From positions 26,042,001-26,106,000 of the forward strand of contig NC_058383.1 in assembly GCF_018350175.1 (NCBI RefSeq): 64,000 bases of DNA, written 5' to 3'. A program made the translations under genes and the position numbers. Each line of letters opens with the position of its first letter. The stretch's first letter is position 1. Of this stretch, positions 1 through 10,960 are shown in pieces. The DNA comes from Felis catus (Eukaryota). The notes below the pieces were generated by a model. The model was not told the DNA's origin. It worked only from the letters and a program-made list of their open reading frames with translations, and made no database searches.

Positions 1-70
1 AAGTCAACAATTAAAGGAAAAAATGCTTAGGGTCATCATCACCTTTAAAATCCTTTAAGGAGGTATGATA

Positions 71-760
71 TTGTGGATAGATCATCCAGGCAGAAAATCA
101 ACAAGGAAACAGTCTTTGAACAACACGTTAGGTCAGATGGATATAACAGATACATGCAGAACATAACATCCAAAACAACAGAATATACATTCTTTCAAGT
201 GCCCAGAGCCTTCTCTAGGATAGATCACACGTTAGACCACAAAACAAGCCTCGGTAAATTTAAGAAGATCATATCATGCATTTAAGAATTCATATCATGC
301 ATCTTTTCTGACCATAATGGTATAAAACTAGAAATCAGTCACAAGAAAAAATTGGGAAATACACAGACATGTAGAGGCTAAATGACATGCTATTGAACAA
401 CTCATGAGTCAACAAAGAAATCAAGGAAGAAATTTAAAAATATATGGAGACAGATGAAAACACAACAGTCCAAAATCTTTGGGACACAACAAAAGCAGTT
501 CTAAGAGGGAAATTTATAGCAATACAGGTCTATCTCAAGAAAAAGAAAAATATCAAACAATCAAGCCTTACACTTAAAGGAACTAGCAAAAGAAGAACAA
601 ACAAAGCTCAAGGTGAGTAGAAGGAAGGAAATAATAAACATCAGAGCAGAAACAAATGAACTAGAGACCAAAAAAACAAATAGAAAAGATCAATGAAACC
701 AAAAGAGGATTCTTTGAAAAGATAAACAAAATTGATAAACTTTCAGCCAGAGTCATCAAA
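71..760 (+). mobile_element. LINE-1 ORF2 fragment (endonuclease-domain end and following region), degenerate, in a GDE1 intron
   Basis: ORF 73-285 contains EYTFF...FSRIDHTLDHKTSLGKFKKI, typical of the L1 ORF2 endonuclease; downstream A-rich sequence (ctttgggacacaacaaaagcagttctaagagggaaatttatagc) continues the L1 ORF2 pattern with frameshifts. Confidence 0.9.
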
Positions 761-919
761 AATTACCTGTAATGATTCTGGAAATCCATAGAGGAGAGAA
801 ACCACTGTTTGAAAATGTTGGAGTCTATCATGTAAGCTGCTACCCTGAAATAAAATCCAAATTCTGGATTCTAGAGAATGTCTATAATTACAAGGGGCTA
901 AATGTAGGGCGACAAGTTT

Positions 920-951
<32 letters not shown>

Positions 952-2394
952 CAATGGCTAAATTCTTCATGATCATATTCCATAATTCTGTAAACTTTCC
1001 AAGTTAGAGAAGTTGAATGATTTGGCAGAGGGGGAGGGGAAGGCAGGGAGGAACCTTAGAAAAGTTTTACAATCCCCTTTAAGGCATTGCTCTAAGTCTT
1101 GATTTGCTAATTGACTTTCTGTATGTTAATAGGCTTGACTGTATTAATATACACATTAAATATATTAATTTGTTTTAGTGCTTTCACTTAATGGAACTAC
1201 AACAGAACATGTGTAGAAAACTATTCATTCGTTAACATGCCTAAAAAACGTTCACTTTTCCTTATACTCCAGTGCGTTCTAAAGAAAGGAATATGTGAAA
1301 AATTTTTAACTCACAAAAAACCTCTAGACAGAGAAGGAAAATCAAATGAGAAATATCCTCTGGGTAACCATCCCCCATTACTGTATTACACTACATCACT
1401 GTACATAGTTGTTTTTTTTGTTTTTTGGGGTGTTTTTTTCTAATCTGTAATGAAAAACAGACACTAAGAACTAATGAAACACCTTTCTAACTTCAGGGGG
1501 AAAAAGGTACGCACTTGGAGTCAGTATACCATCTCAATGTCTTTAACTCAGCCAGTCTATCCTACAGTTGGAACTTGTTGCATTTTCTTTGTTTGAACAC
1601 CAAATGAAGTAATAGGCTTGTGTTTAGGGACCATGTTGTAGGAAAAATAGGTATTTTCTCTAGAACTATCCTCAATGCTGTGAGAGGCTCATCGTGAGAA
1701 GGGGCATGGAAACTAAGACTGGCCAAAGGAATAGCAAATTCATGTCTCTTCTCTCACTCCCATGGAATAGGCATTGAGTAGAATGGCTGGCAGAATTGCC
1801 TATACTCTTTAAATTATCTTTTTTTTTTTTTTTAGCCAAGATACTACAGTTGAAATGATACGGTCGAATAAACATAAGTTAAATCGTGCAGAATGAAATT
1901 TCATTATCTGAGAAAAGATTTCTTACATATCAGGCACTTAACTTTCTTTTATCAGAAAATTATGTATAGAAGATTATTTTAAACAGTTGCACATAAGTGT
2001 ACGATACAGTGAACAGATTTATATATTCGTGGGAATTTCTCCTGCATAAGGTTCTATTAGGGCAATTACAGTCTTAAATTTAAGTTTCAAGTTCTCCAGA
2101 GGTGCCATTATATTCTGCCCTTTGGTGAGTAGAGTTACTAATTCTATCATAAACTAGTAATTTCATAAAAATTAAATGACTTTTGTTCTTGTTGCTGTTC
2201 TTTGGTCAAGAATATCTAATCTGGTTTAAGGACTTAAAGCCAAGTATCCTTAGACTTCGCTATGATTAAAGAAAGGAAGTCAGGGAAAACACACTGTCCT
2301 GTTGGTTGGGAGACATTTGTCAAATGTCTGTTTCACTAAACTTTTATCTTTGTCTTTTTCCTGCAATACACTATTCCTTTTCCCTCTCTTATAG

Positions 2395-2500
2395 GAATGA
2401 TTTCCCTGATGAAAAGATCCCTACCCTGAGAGAAGCCGTTGCAGAGTGCCTAAACTATAACCTCACAATCTTCTTTGATGTCAAGGGCCATGCAAATATG
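2395..2500 (+). CDS. GDE1: GDE1 glycerophosphodiester phosphodiesterase 1, internal coding exon (106 nt)
   Basis: ctcttatag| acceptor; encodes NDFPDEKIPTLREAVAECLNYNLTIFFDVKGHANM; donor |gtacag; phase joins the next exon. Confidence 0.95.
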
Positions 2501-3712
2501 GTACAGTTTATACCATAGACTTCACAATTTAATCGCTAGTCACTTCCAAAATTAACTATATATTTTGTTACTTATCCTTCTTACGTTATTTTTATAAATT
2601 ATATTTGCTTATTGGAAGTTTGCAATGCACAGCTCCACGTCTTTAGGGAAATAGTAAATTATGGAACTTTTAACCTTTGATGGAACCTTTTAACAACTCC
2701 GATATTCTACAACTAACACAAAATAGGTTTCTCTTCCTTGCATAAAGCATTTACAAAAGATAAACCATAAAGAGGCACTTCGTGAACAAACCATTCGGCT
2801 AACCTCGTAAGAAAGAATTCAGGAGTTAGACACAAGACCAGTTGCATCTGGCTGATAAGTTAATGGTTTTAGATGGATAACTATCAACTGAATTTCAAGA
2901 GAACTCCTGTACATAAAGTTTCTGATAGCTAATAGGATATTTATCTTAGAGTTATCCTTCTTGTATGATTTCTGTTCTTATGTATAGTTTTGTTATTGTA
3001 TGATTTGAGTAGATGAACTTTTATGATAAAATTATTTCTTCAAATATGTATGACATTCCTAAGTAAATTTTGCTTATATTATATAACATATACTTTTATT
3101 CATAAAAATATATTATTGCAATGGAAAATCAATGGGAAAATATGATTTAGATTACATTTGTTCACTTACAACGAGCTTTTCAAATACAAATGCTTTTTTT
3201 CTGCATTTGGACAACTTACAGGTATTTTCCTCCCTTGAAAGCTATAATCAGTAATGGCCACCATTCTGATGATGTCATTTTTTTTTTTTTTTAATTTCAG
3301 CCTATAGTTGAAACATTGAAACCAGAAATAAGAGCCCAAGTATATATCCTTACTGTAGCACAGTAGACTCTGATTTTTGAAGAAAGGAAAATGGTGCTCT
3401 GGCTCATTTATTATTATGTTACTGGTAGTTGTATGCATGTAAGTGTCCCAGTCAGCCCACATCTGAATCACCAAGAATACCTATTAAAAATACTAATTGC
3501 TGGGCCATATCACCTAGAGAAGAAATTCTGAAAATGTCTGGGGTCGTGGGTCAAGGAACGTGTATTTTTAATGAGCACCTCAGGTTTTGTTGATGATATT
3601 GCCCACATTGGGATCCCTGATAGGTCCTACATTTCACCCACGGTGTACTGACCTTCATGCTTATTCTCTTAAAATAAGGGGGGGGGGGGGAGAAGAAAAT
3701 ATATATATATTT

Positions 3713-3932
3713 TTTAATTTTTTTTTCAACGTTTTTTATTTATTTTTGGGACAGAGAGAGACAGAGCATGAACGGGGGAGGGGCAGAGAGAGAGGGGGAC
3801 ACAGAATCGGAAACAGGCTCCAGGCTCTGAGCCATCAGCCCAGAGCCTGACGCGGGGCTCGAAGTCACGGACCGTGAGATCGTGACCTGGCTGAAGTCGG
3901 ACGCTTAACCGACTGCGCCACCCAGGCGCCCC
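3713..3932 (-). mobile_element. Young feline CAN-SINE (SINEC_Fc-type)
   Basis: tRNA-derived head GGGGCGCCTGGGTGGCGCAGTCGGTTAAGCG, (CT)n tract and A tail on the minus strand; flanking gaaaatatata duplication. Confidence 0.95.
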
Positions 3933-4857
3933 GAAAATATATATTTTTTAAATTCAGCTATTTGAGATTTGGTGCTCACAGGTGGTTTGGCAACAATCGA
4001 TAGAACATAGTGATCTAATTCACAAAAGGGGAGTGTAAAGGAACAGGTGTAGTAAATTAGAGATAGTAGAGCCCAGGAGCCAAGATTATGGGCTTTGGAG
4101 TCCAATAGACCGTGATTCAACTCTGTCACTTACTAAAATGTAACCTTAACCTTGATATGCTTCAGTTTCCTCATGGATAAAATGGGAATAATAAAAGAAA
4201 CAACTACATAGGGTTGTTATGAGAATTAAATAAATGTTGGTGAAGCGTCACACATAAAGCATACATTAGTTCAGACAACAAGAAAACTTTGAATAACTCA
4301 CACTCTGTCACATTAGTGAAGGGGAAACATGACATGAATAGTTTCTATGTTCTTTTTTCTTTTCTGGAATGCATTTTATTATATTTAGTTATAGGTATGT
4401 GTGACTTTCCAGAACTTAGTGGTATTTCAAGAATTATGATACAGCAACATTACACTCCACCTAGTCACCTCTGTTGTTAGTTGCTATTGATGCCAGTGGC
4501 CAAATCTATTAATTCACTAGAGGTTACAAAGTATGAGTGTTTTAGCTCCATCATTTCTTCTTCATTTACTCATCTGGCAACTACAAAAAGAAACTTCTGC
4601 TCATCTTGGGAAGAATTGGAAGACTTTCAGCTCTTCCCAGTTCCTTCCTTGTCCCATTGTTTCTGCCTCCATGTTGGTGATGAATGCCATTTCCTCTCAG
4701 TCCCCTGGACTGAGCAAATGTACTCTTAGTAGTTCCCAGGCTGGTTGGCTCATGCTTAGGCTAGGAAAGGCAGAGGATGATAGAGTTATGGGTATAAAAG
4801 GACTCTTCCTAGTGCCTAAACCAGGTTATAAGGGAAAGGTTTAAAATTTTGCTTTCA

Positions 4858-5078
4858 GGGGCGCCTGGGTGGCGCAGTCGGTTAAGCGTCCGACTTCAGC
4901 CAGGTCACGATCTCGCGGTCCGTGAGTTCGAGCCCCGCGTCGGGCTCTGGGCTGATGGCTCAGGGCCTGGAGCCTGTTTCTGATTCTGTGTCTCCCTCTC
5001 TCTCTGCCCCTCCCCCGTTCATGCTCTGTCTCTCTCTGTCCCAAAAATAAATAAATGTTGAAAAAAAAAATTAAAAAA
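4858..5078 (+). mobile_element. Young feline CAN-SINE
   Basis: Full length; target-site duplication aaaattttgctttca. Confidence 0.95.
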
Positions 5079-5371
5079 AAAATTTTGCTTTCAGCATCCA
5101 CTGCCATACCTTCCAAAAGCATGACCAAAGGGGTGAGCTTCTCAACAAATAGTAAAGCAGCAGTACCTCACTTTCCCCTCTGTCTGCTGTAGGTGTGAGT
5201 TTAAGATGTTTCCCAATGGATAATGGAATCTACCCATATTCCTTTCAACATCGCCATATATTAGTAAAGTTCTAATTTATTCAGTAGGGTTGTACTTCAT
5301 AGGTAATAGTTATTAGCTGAGACTGTTGCATTTAAGCAAATTTAAAATACATGAGTTTCTCTGCTTTACAG

Positions 5372-5464
5372 GCTACTGATGCTCTAAAGAAAATATATAT
5401 GGAGTTTCCTCAACTATACAATAATAGTATCGTCTGCTCTTTCTTGCCAGAAGTCATCTATAAG
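5372..5464 (+). CDS. GDE1: GDE1 internal coding exon (93 nt)
   Basis: ctttacag| acceptor; ATDALKKIYMEFPQLYNNSIVCSFLPEVIYK; donor |gtaaat. Confidence 0.95.
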
Positions 5465-5759
5465 GTAAATTCAGAATTTTTATTGTACATAATACTTTGT
5501 TAGTTGATGGTGATTGTAGAAGTGCCCCAAGTAAGCATAAGCTAGATGCCTGTGAAATTGAACTGAATTTCAGTTAAGAAACTCCTCTTTTAACAAGAGA
5601 AATTCAGAAAGGGAAACGAACTCCTACCCTGTTTTAAGACACCATGATTCCTCTTTAAGTTCCTTCTTTTATGTTGTTCATAGGCTCATTCAGATTACTT
5701 TAGTAAGCGCTCTCAGAACAAGGAGTTATGTACCTCTTCATCTTGCTAAGTAACAGCAG

Positions 5760-6640
5760 AATAAACTTTAAAAAAAACTCTTAATGATGGAGAATTTAAA
5801 ATATGCACAAAAGTAGATGGTAGTATAACGAGCCCCCCTTTAACCTTGACCCAGCTTGCTTCATCCATACCCCCGTTTATGTACCCCAGCATTATTTCGA
5901 AGTAAATTCCACACATCATTTCGCCCATAAAAATTGCATTAAATATCTTTAAAAAGTTATTCCCCTTTTTAAAAAATACAGCCACAATACAACCATTATC
6001 CTATCTAAAACCATTTAGCCCTTAAGATCAGGAAATATCTAGTGAATATATCATTTTTCATTTGTCTTAAAAAATATTATAAATGGCTTTTGTTGTTTAT
6101 AATTGTTAATTTGAATCAGGACCCAAATAAAGACTACATTTTGTAATATAAAATCTTAGAACCTGTAAGTTCTCCTTTTCCCTGCATGTATTTATTGAAG
6201 AATCCAGGTTGTTTTGTAGAATTTACCCAAGTCCAGATTTTGCTCCTTACAACATGATACAGTTTAACACATTCCCCCCTGTATATATTTCCTATAAATT
6301 GGTAGTGAGAGCAAAAGACTTGATCAGTGGAGGTTCAATTATTCTTGGCAAAATAATCTCAAAGGTGAGGGTAGTTTTTTCATCAGGAGGCACAAAATAA
6401 TCTGATTGACTCTTTTGTTGTTGTTTACAGCTGCTATTGATGCCAGCAGCCAGCTCTCAATTTACTGGCAAAATCTTATTATTTTAGTCTATCACTTCTT
6501 CACATATTAGCTAGAATACTTCTATAAAAATTCTCGTCTACTATTTAGTTATGCAATTGGCAATTAAATGCTTAATCCTTAACTTCAGTTACCAGTTTCC
6601 AAGATATTGAGTTGGTTCTGTAGCCTTGTTCACAGTGACC
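5760..6640 (-). mobile_element. Ancient L1 (L1ME/L1MC-like) 3' fragment
   Basis: Degenerate similarity to old L1 3' ends, recognised by eye only. Confidence 0.45.
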
Positions 6641-7340
6641 AACAGAGTGTGCATTTAAAGTTTTACAGGAAGAGTGGAACCTATCCAGATACAAACTGTC
6701 ATTGAGATGAATAGCGTCATGGGGCTTTCAGACATTTGGGTCAGTGTTTACCAATCTTACTTGACCACAGAGGACTTCACAATGTAAGCTACATTGTCCA
6801 GAGGAGCACAGAACACAGACAGAAAGAATTACATCCGCATCTCCCCATTTCTCCTTGTCCATCCCCAACCCCCACCCCTACTTCTCTCTCTGTTCTCCCT
6901 TCTCACTTCCTTCTCACCCCACTTCCCCACCCCCACAACTCTCTCAGCCATTTTCTCTAGAAAGAATCAAAAGCTAACCAACTCATCTGGAAATGATCAT
7001 GGTTCTATCCTCACTAAGTTCTAATTACTTATCTCTGGCCAGAATTTAAATTGATAACCAACGGAAAGTTAATTCTTGTGACATGAAAATTTGACTCTGA
7101 GATTGTAATTTACTCATTTTAAAGGTAGAGATAGTGAAGGAAGTGTTCTTATTTATACTGTATAGTAAATGCTTTACATCCCTTACATTATTTACTCAAA
7201 AGGTTTATATCTATTTAGTAGACATGGGGGCCGTTATGGCCACCTCATCAGAAAGAGTAGATTGGCTAAATCCAAAGAAAAATGAGAGGTATTAGATTTT
7301 AGATATGATACTTATTTTAATTTCCAAAATTCCTTTTCAG

Positions 7341-7552
7341 ATGAGACAAACAGATCAGAATGTAGTGACAGCTTTAACTCATAGACCTTGGAGCCTTAGC
7401 CATACAGGAGATGGGAAACCACGCTATGATACTTACTGGAAACAGTCCATGTTTGTGGTAATGGACATTTTGCTCGATTGGAGCATGCATAATATCTTGT
7501 GGTACCTGTGTGGAATTTCAGCTTTCCTCATACAAAAGGATTTTGTATCCCC
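7341..7552 (+). CDS. GDE1: GDE1 penultimate coding exon (212 nt)
   Basis: ccttttcag| acceptor; MRQTDQNVVTALTHRPWSLSHTGDGKPRYD...AFLIQKDFVSP; donor CC|gtaagt. Confidence 0.96.
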
Positions 7553-7689
7553 GTAAGTTGAAAGGTTTTTTTTTTTTTTTTAATCTTCTTCTGACAGATT
7601 TCCTGGAATGCTCTTCTTGGAAAGGAAGGATTAACAGTGGACAGCCTGAATTGGGTTTCACCCACCAAATCTCACCATGCCTTTATATT

Positions 7690-7756
7690 TATTTTTTTAT
7701 TTTATTTTTTTAGAGAGAGGGGGTGAGCAGGGCGGAGGGGCAGAGGAAGGGAGGGA

Positions 7757-7810
<54 letters not shown>

Positions 7811-8052
7811 AAGAGAAGAGAAGAGAGGAGAGGAGAGGAGAGGAGAGGAGTAGAGAGGAGAGGAGAGGAGAGGAGAGGAGAGGAGAGGAGAGGAGAGGAG
7901 AGGAGAGGAGAGGAGAGGAGAGGAAAGGAATCTTAAGCAGGTTCCATACAGTGCAGAGCCTTATTCTGGGCTCGATCCCATGACCCTGGGATCATGACCT
8001 GAGCCTAAATCAAGAGTTGGACGCTTAACCCACTGAGCCACCCAGGCTCCCG
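7690..8052 (-). mobile_element. Older CAN-SINE with a greatly expanded purine tract
   Basis: SINE head at about 7925-8052 and tail at about 7690-7720, separated by (GA)n and (GAGAG)n. Confidence 0.9.
7758..7923. repeat. Compound (GA)n-(GAGAA)n-(GAGAG)n microsatellite
   Basis: Directly visible, about 165 nt almost purely purine. Confidence 0.97.
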
Positions 8053-8763
8053 CCCACCATAGCTTTATTAAGTTGGAATGCCACTGGCTTCTTAGGTGGG
8101 AAGAGTTCAGACATACTTCACTGTTGCCAAAATAAGTTGATGAAATATTCTCAGTTTTTAGTTTTAAAGAAAAACCTAATAAAAAATAAACCTGCCAAAC
8201 TATGATGAGAGATAGATTATAAGTCCTTGTGATTGGCTCCCTTTGAAAAGCAACACAGATGCAGGGCAGAGCCCCAGTGAAGACATCCTGTGAGCACCTA
8301 CCTTACCCCTCCCACTTTTCTTCCTGCTCTGTTCTACATTATAGGCTCTGCTCCATTGCTTCCCAGAAAACTTTCCATTCCTTAACCTACTAGCAGTCTC
8401 TGACCTTTATTGTGGTAATTTTATAGCTGTGTATTTCAGCTGATTAGAGTTGTTAGTTTTGGGTTATTTCAGGTATGTGTGCATTCAAGTCAGTCAATAT
8501 TTGATGTAGGCCTACAGATTTGCAAGGTATTACTAAGAAGCTGAAGATGCTGTGGTAAAGAAAGCCATGGTGTGCCTTCATGGAGTTTATAGTCAAGTAA
8601 AAGAGAAGTTGCTAATCAAATCAAATACAATAAATATAAAATTATAATTAAGATAAACGCTATGTAGGAGAGAACAGTGTCCATTTACTGTGTAATCGGA
8701 CCTAATCATGGGAAAACATCCCCCAGGGAGGTGACAACTAAGCTAAGATCAGAAGGGTGAGTA

Positions 8764-8960
8764 GGGGGCGCCTGGGTGGCTCAGTCCATTAAGTGTCCGA
8801 CCCTTGGTTTTGGCTCAGGTCACGCCCTCACAGTCTACGAAATCGAGCCCCACATCGGGCTCTGCACCGACAGCACGGAGCCTGCTTGGGATTCTCTCTC
8901 CCTCTCTCTCTGCCCCCCTCTCTCTCTTCAAATAAATAAATACACATTTTAAAAACAAAA
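8764..8960 (+). mobile_element. CAN-SINE
   Basis: SINE head, CT tract and A tail; duplication aagggtgagtag. Confidence 0.92.
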
Positions 8961-9374
8961 AGGGTGAGTAGGAATGGGAGTGTGGAGATCCAAGTCACAG
9001 GGGAAAACACGTGCAAAAACGTGCTACAGCAGGAAGGAGCCTAGTTCTTTCAAGGACTTGAAAGAAAATCCATATTCTGCGACACCAAAAGGAAAGGGGG
9101 AGCGTGGTGTAAGATGAGGCCAAGGAGATGGGTGGGGGCAAGCCAGTATGGCCTCCAGTATGACTTCTATTTTGGTGTAGGGTGTCTTTAGTAAGTCACT
9201 GAAGTGTAAGCTGGAACAACGTGGAGGAGGTTCTGGTGCTGGGTTTTGAAACACTCCCTCTGATTGCACACAGAGACCAGTTACGAGGCTCTTTTTGGGC
9301 ACTGTTAGTACTCAGTGAATACCAGGAACAGTTGGTCCTTGTTCTGACAGGATTGGTTTGTCCTCTTTCTCCAG

Positions 9375-9522
9375 GGACTACCTGAAGAAGTGGTCGGCTA
9401 AAGGCATTCAGGTTGTTGCTTGGACTGTTAATACCTTTGATGAAAAAAGTTACTACGAATCGCATCTTGGTTCCAGTTATATCACTGACAGCATGTTGGA
9501 AGACTGTGCATCTCAGTTCTAG
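9375..9522 (+). CDS. GDE1: GDE1 last coding exon to the TAG stop
   Basis: ctttctccag| acceptor; DYLKKWSAKGIQVVAWTVNTFDEKSYYESHLGSSYITDSMLEDCASQF*; the WTVN and ITD motifs are typical of the GDPD domain C-terminus. Confidence 0.96.
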
Positions 9523-9983
9523 AATTTTCCCCCAGGGAGGAAATCCGGGTACAGAAACTACCTGCTGGCCTTAAGCAGGGATATCAAAATACCCTTTGTG
9601 CTAGCCCAAGCCCTGGGGGATCAGGTGGCTCATACAAGCAATAGTTGGTATTTGCATTTTTACCTGAACCATAGCAAAACCTGGTTTTGCCACCTTATTC
9701 CATGGAATGCCTGAGTTCAACACTGTTGCTCTTGAAAATCTGGGTCTGCAAAAAAGGGACAACAGTTCCTGCCCTAGCTGACGGGTACACCGAAACCCAG
9801 TGAGGATAAGCACAGATTGAGTTGTGCAGTTTGGGGTTGCAGATGCAAATGCATGGGAAATGCATGATCACTCAAAAGTTGACATTTTAAAACTTGACAC
9901 ACTTAATGTAATTTACTTATTTAAAATATTTGTATTCAGCTACATTATCAATGTACTATAGACAGCAAACTTGTGACCATACT

Positions 9984-9998
9984 AATAAAATCATTAAA
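9984..9998 (+). terminator. GDE1: Probable GDE1 polyadenylation signals (AATAAA 9984-9989, ATTAAA 9993-9998)
   Basis: Canonical hexamer plus a variant hexamer about 460 nt after the stop codon, at the end of an AT-rich unique 3'UTR. Confidence 0.65.
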
Positions 9999-10730
9999 AG
10001 GAGCACTAAGGGAAAACTGTGTACCAAGCATAATGTCCTAAGACATTAGGAATTCAGGGAAGCCGCTCTCTGCAATCCAGTGACCAGAGGCAACAGCCCC
10101 TGGTGAGCCTTAATTGCGAAGCAAAGAAAACCGTAGGTAAGTCTTGATACCAGTCCGAGGGATTGTTTATGGTATCTTGAAATAAGAGCTATGAGCCACT
10201 AGGGGGCTGAGTTACACTCGTTCGGGCTGTTGTACAACATGACACTAGAACTGCAAGAACCATCTAAGAACATCTAGACTTACCCTCATTTGGCAAATGA
10301 GAAAACTCAAACCTGTAGAAGGAAAAGGTCTTCCTCAGAAATGACCCAGCTGGTGACATAGCAGAGCCTGATCTCCTAAAACTAAAATTTCTTAACTATT
10401 TGCCACAAACATTTTAATGGTTTAATATGCCTATCTCAAAACCCAGAAGAATCGTACAGGGGTATTTTCCTTTTAGGGATGAGGAAACCAAGGCAATGCA
10501 AACTTAAAGTCACCTACCCAAGCTGTCCAAGTCTTCAGTGCAGTTGAGATTCAAATCCAAGTGAATCTAACTCCAGAGGCCCTGCTCTTAACCATTTGCC
10601 CTGTCTGCCTTTACAATGTAGAGCCCTTCATTCCCAGCTCTGTGCTCCTCGTAAGCTTCTAGTGGTCTTAACTGTGAACTTAAGTGGCAATATTTAAGAC
10701 GATATGGAGTCTTTAAAAAATTGCAAAGTT

Positions 10731-10960
10731 GGGGCGCCTGGGTGGCGCAGTCGGTTAAGCGTCCGACTTCAGCCAGGTCATGATCTCGCGGTCTGTGAGT
10801 TCAAGCCCTGCGTCAGGCTCTGGGCTGATGGCTCAGAGCCTAGAGCCTGTTTCTGATTCTGTGTCTCCCTCTCTCTCTGCCCCTCCCCCGTTCATGCTCT
10901 GTCTCTCTCTGTCCCAAAAATAAATAAACGTTGGGAAAAAAAAAAATTAAAAAAAAAAAA
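10731..10960 (+). mobile_element. Young feline CAN-SINE
   Basis: Full length; duplication aaaaaattgcaaagt. Confidence 0.95.

Noticed and set aside
4858..4935. tRNA-like A-box and B-box sequence (also at every SINE head)
   Set aside because: tRNA-derived SINE promoter region, not a tRNA gene; it runs into the CT tract and A tail
7723..7983. ER/RRGEE-repeat ORF
   Set aside because: Translation of the GA-rich microsatellite
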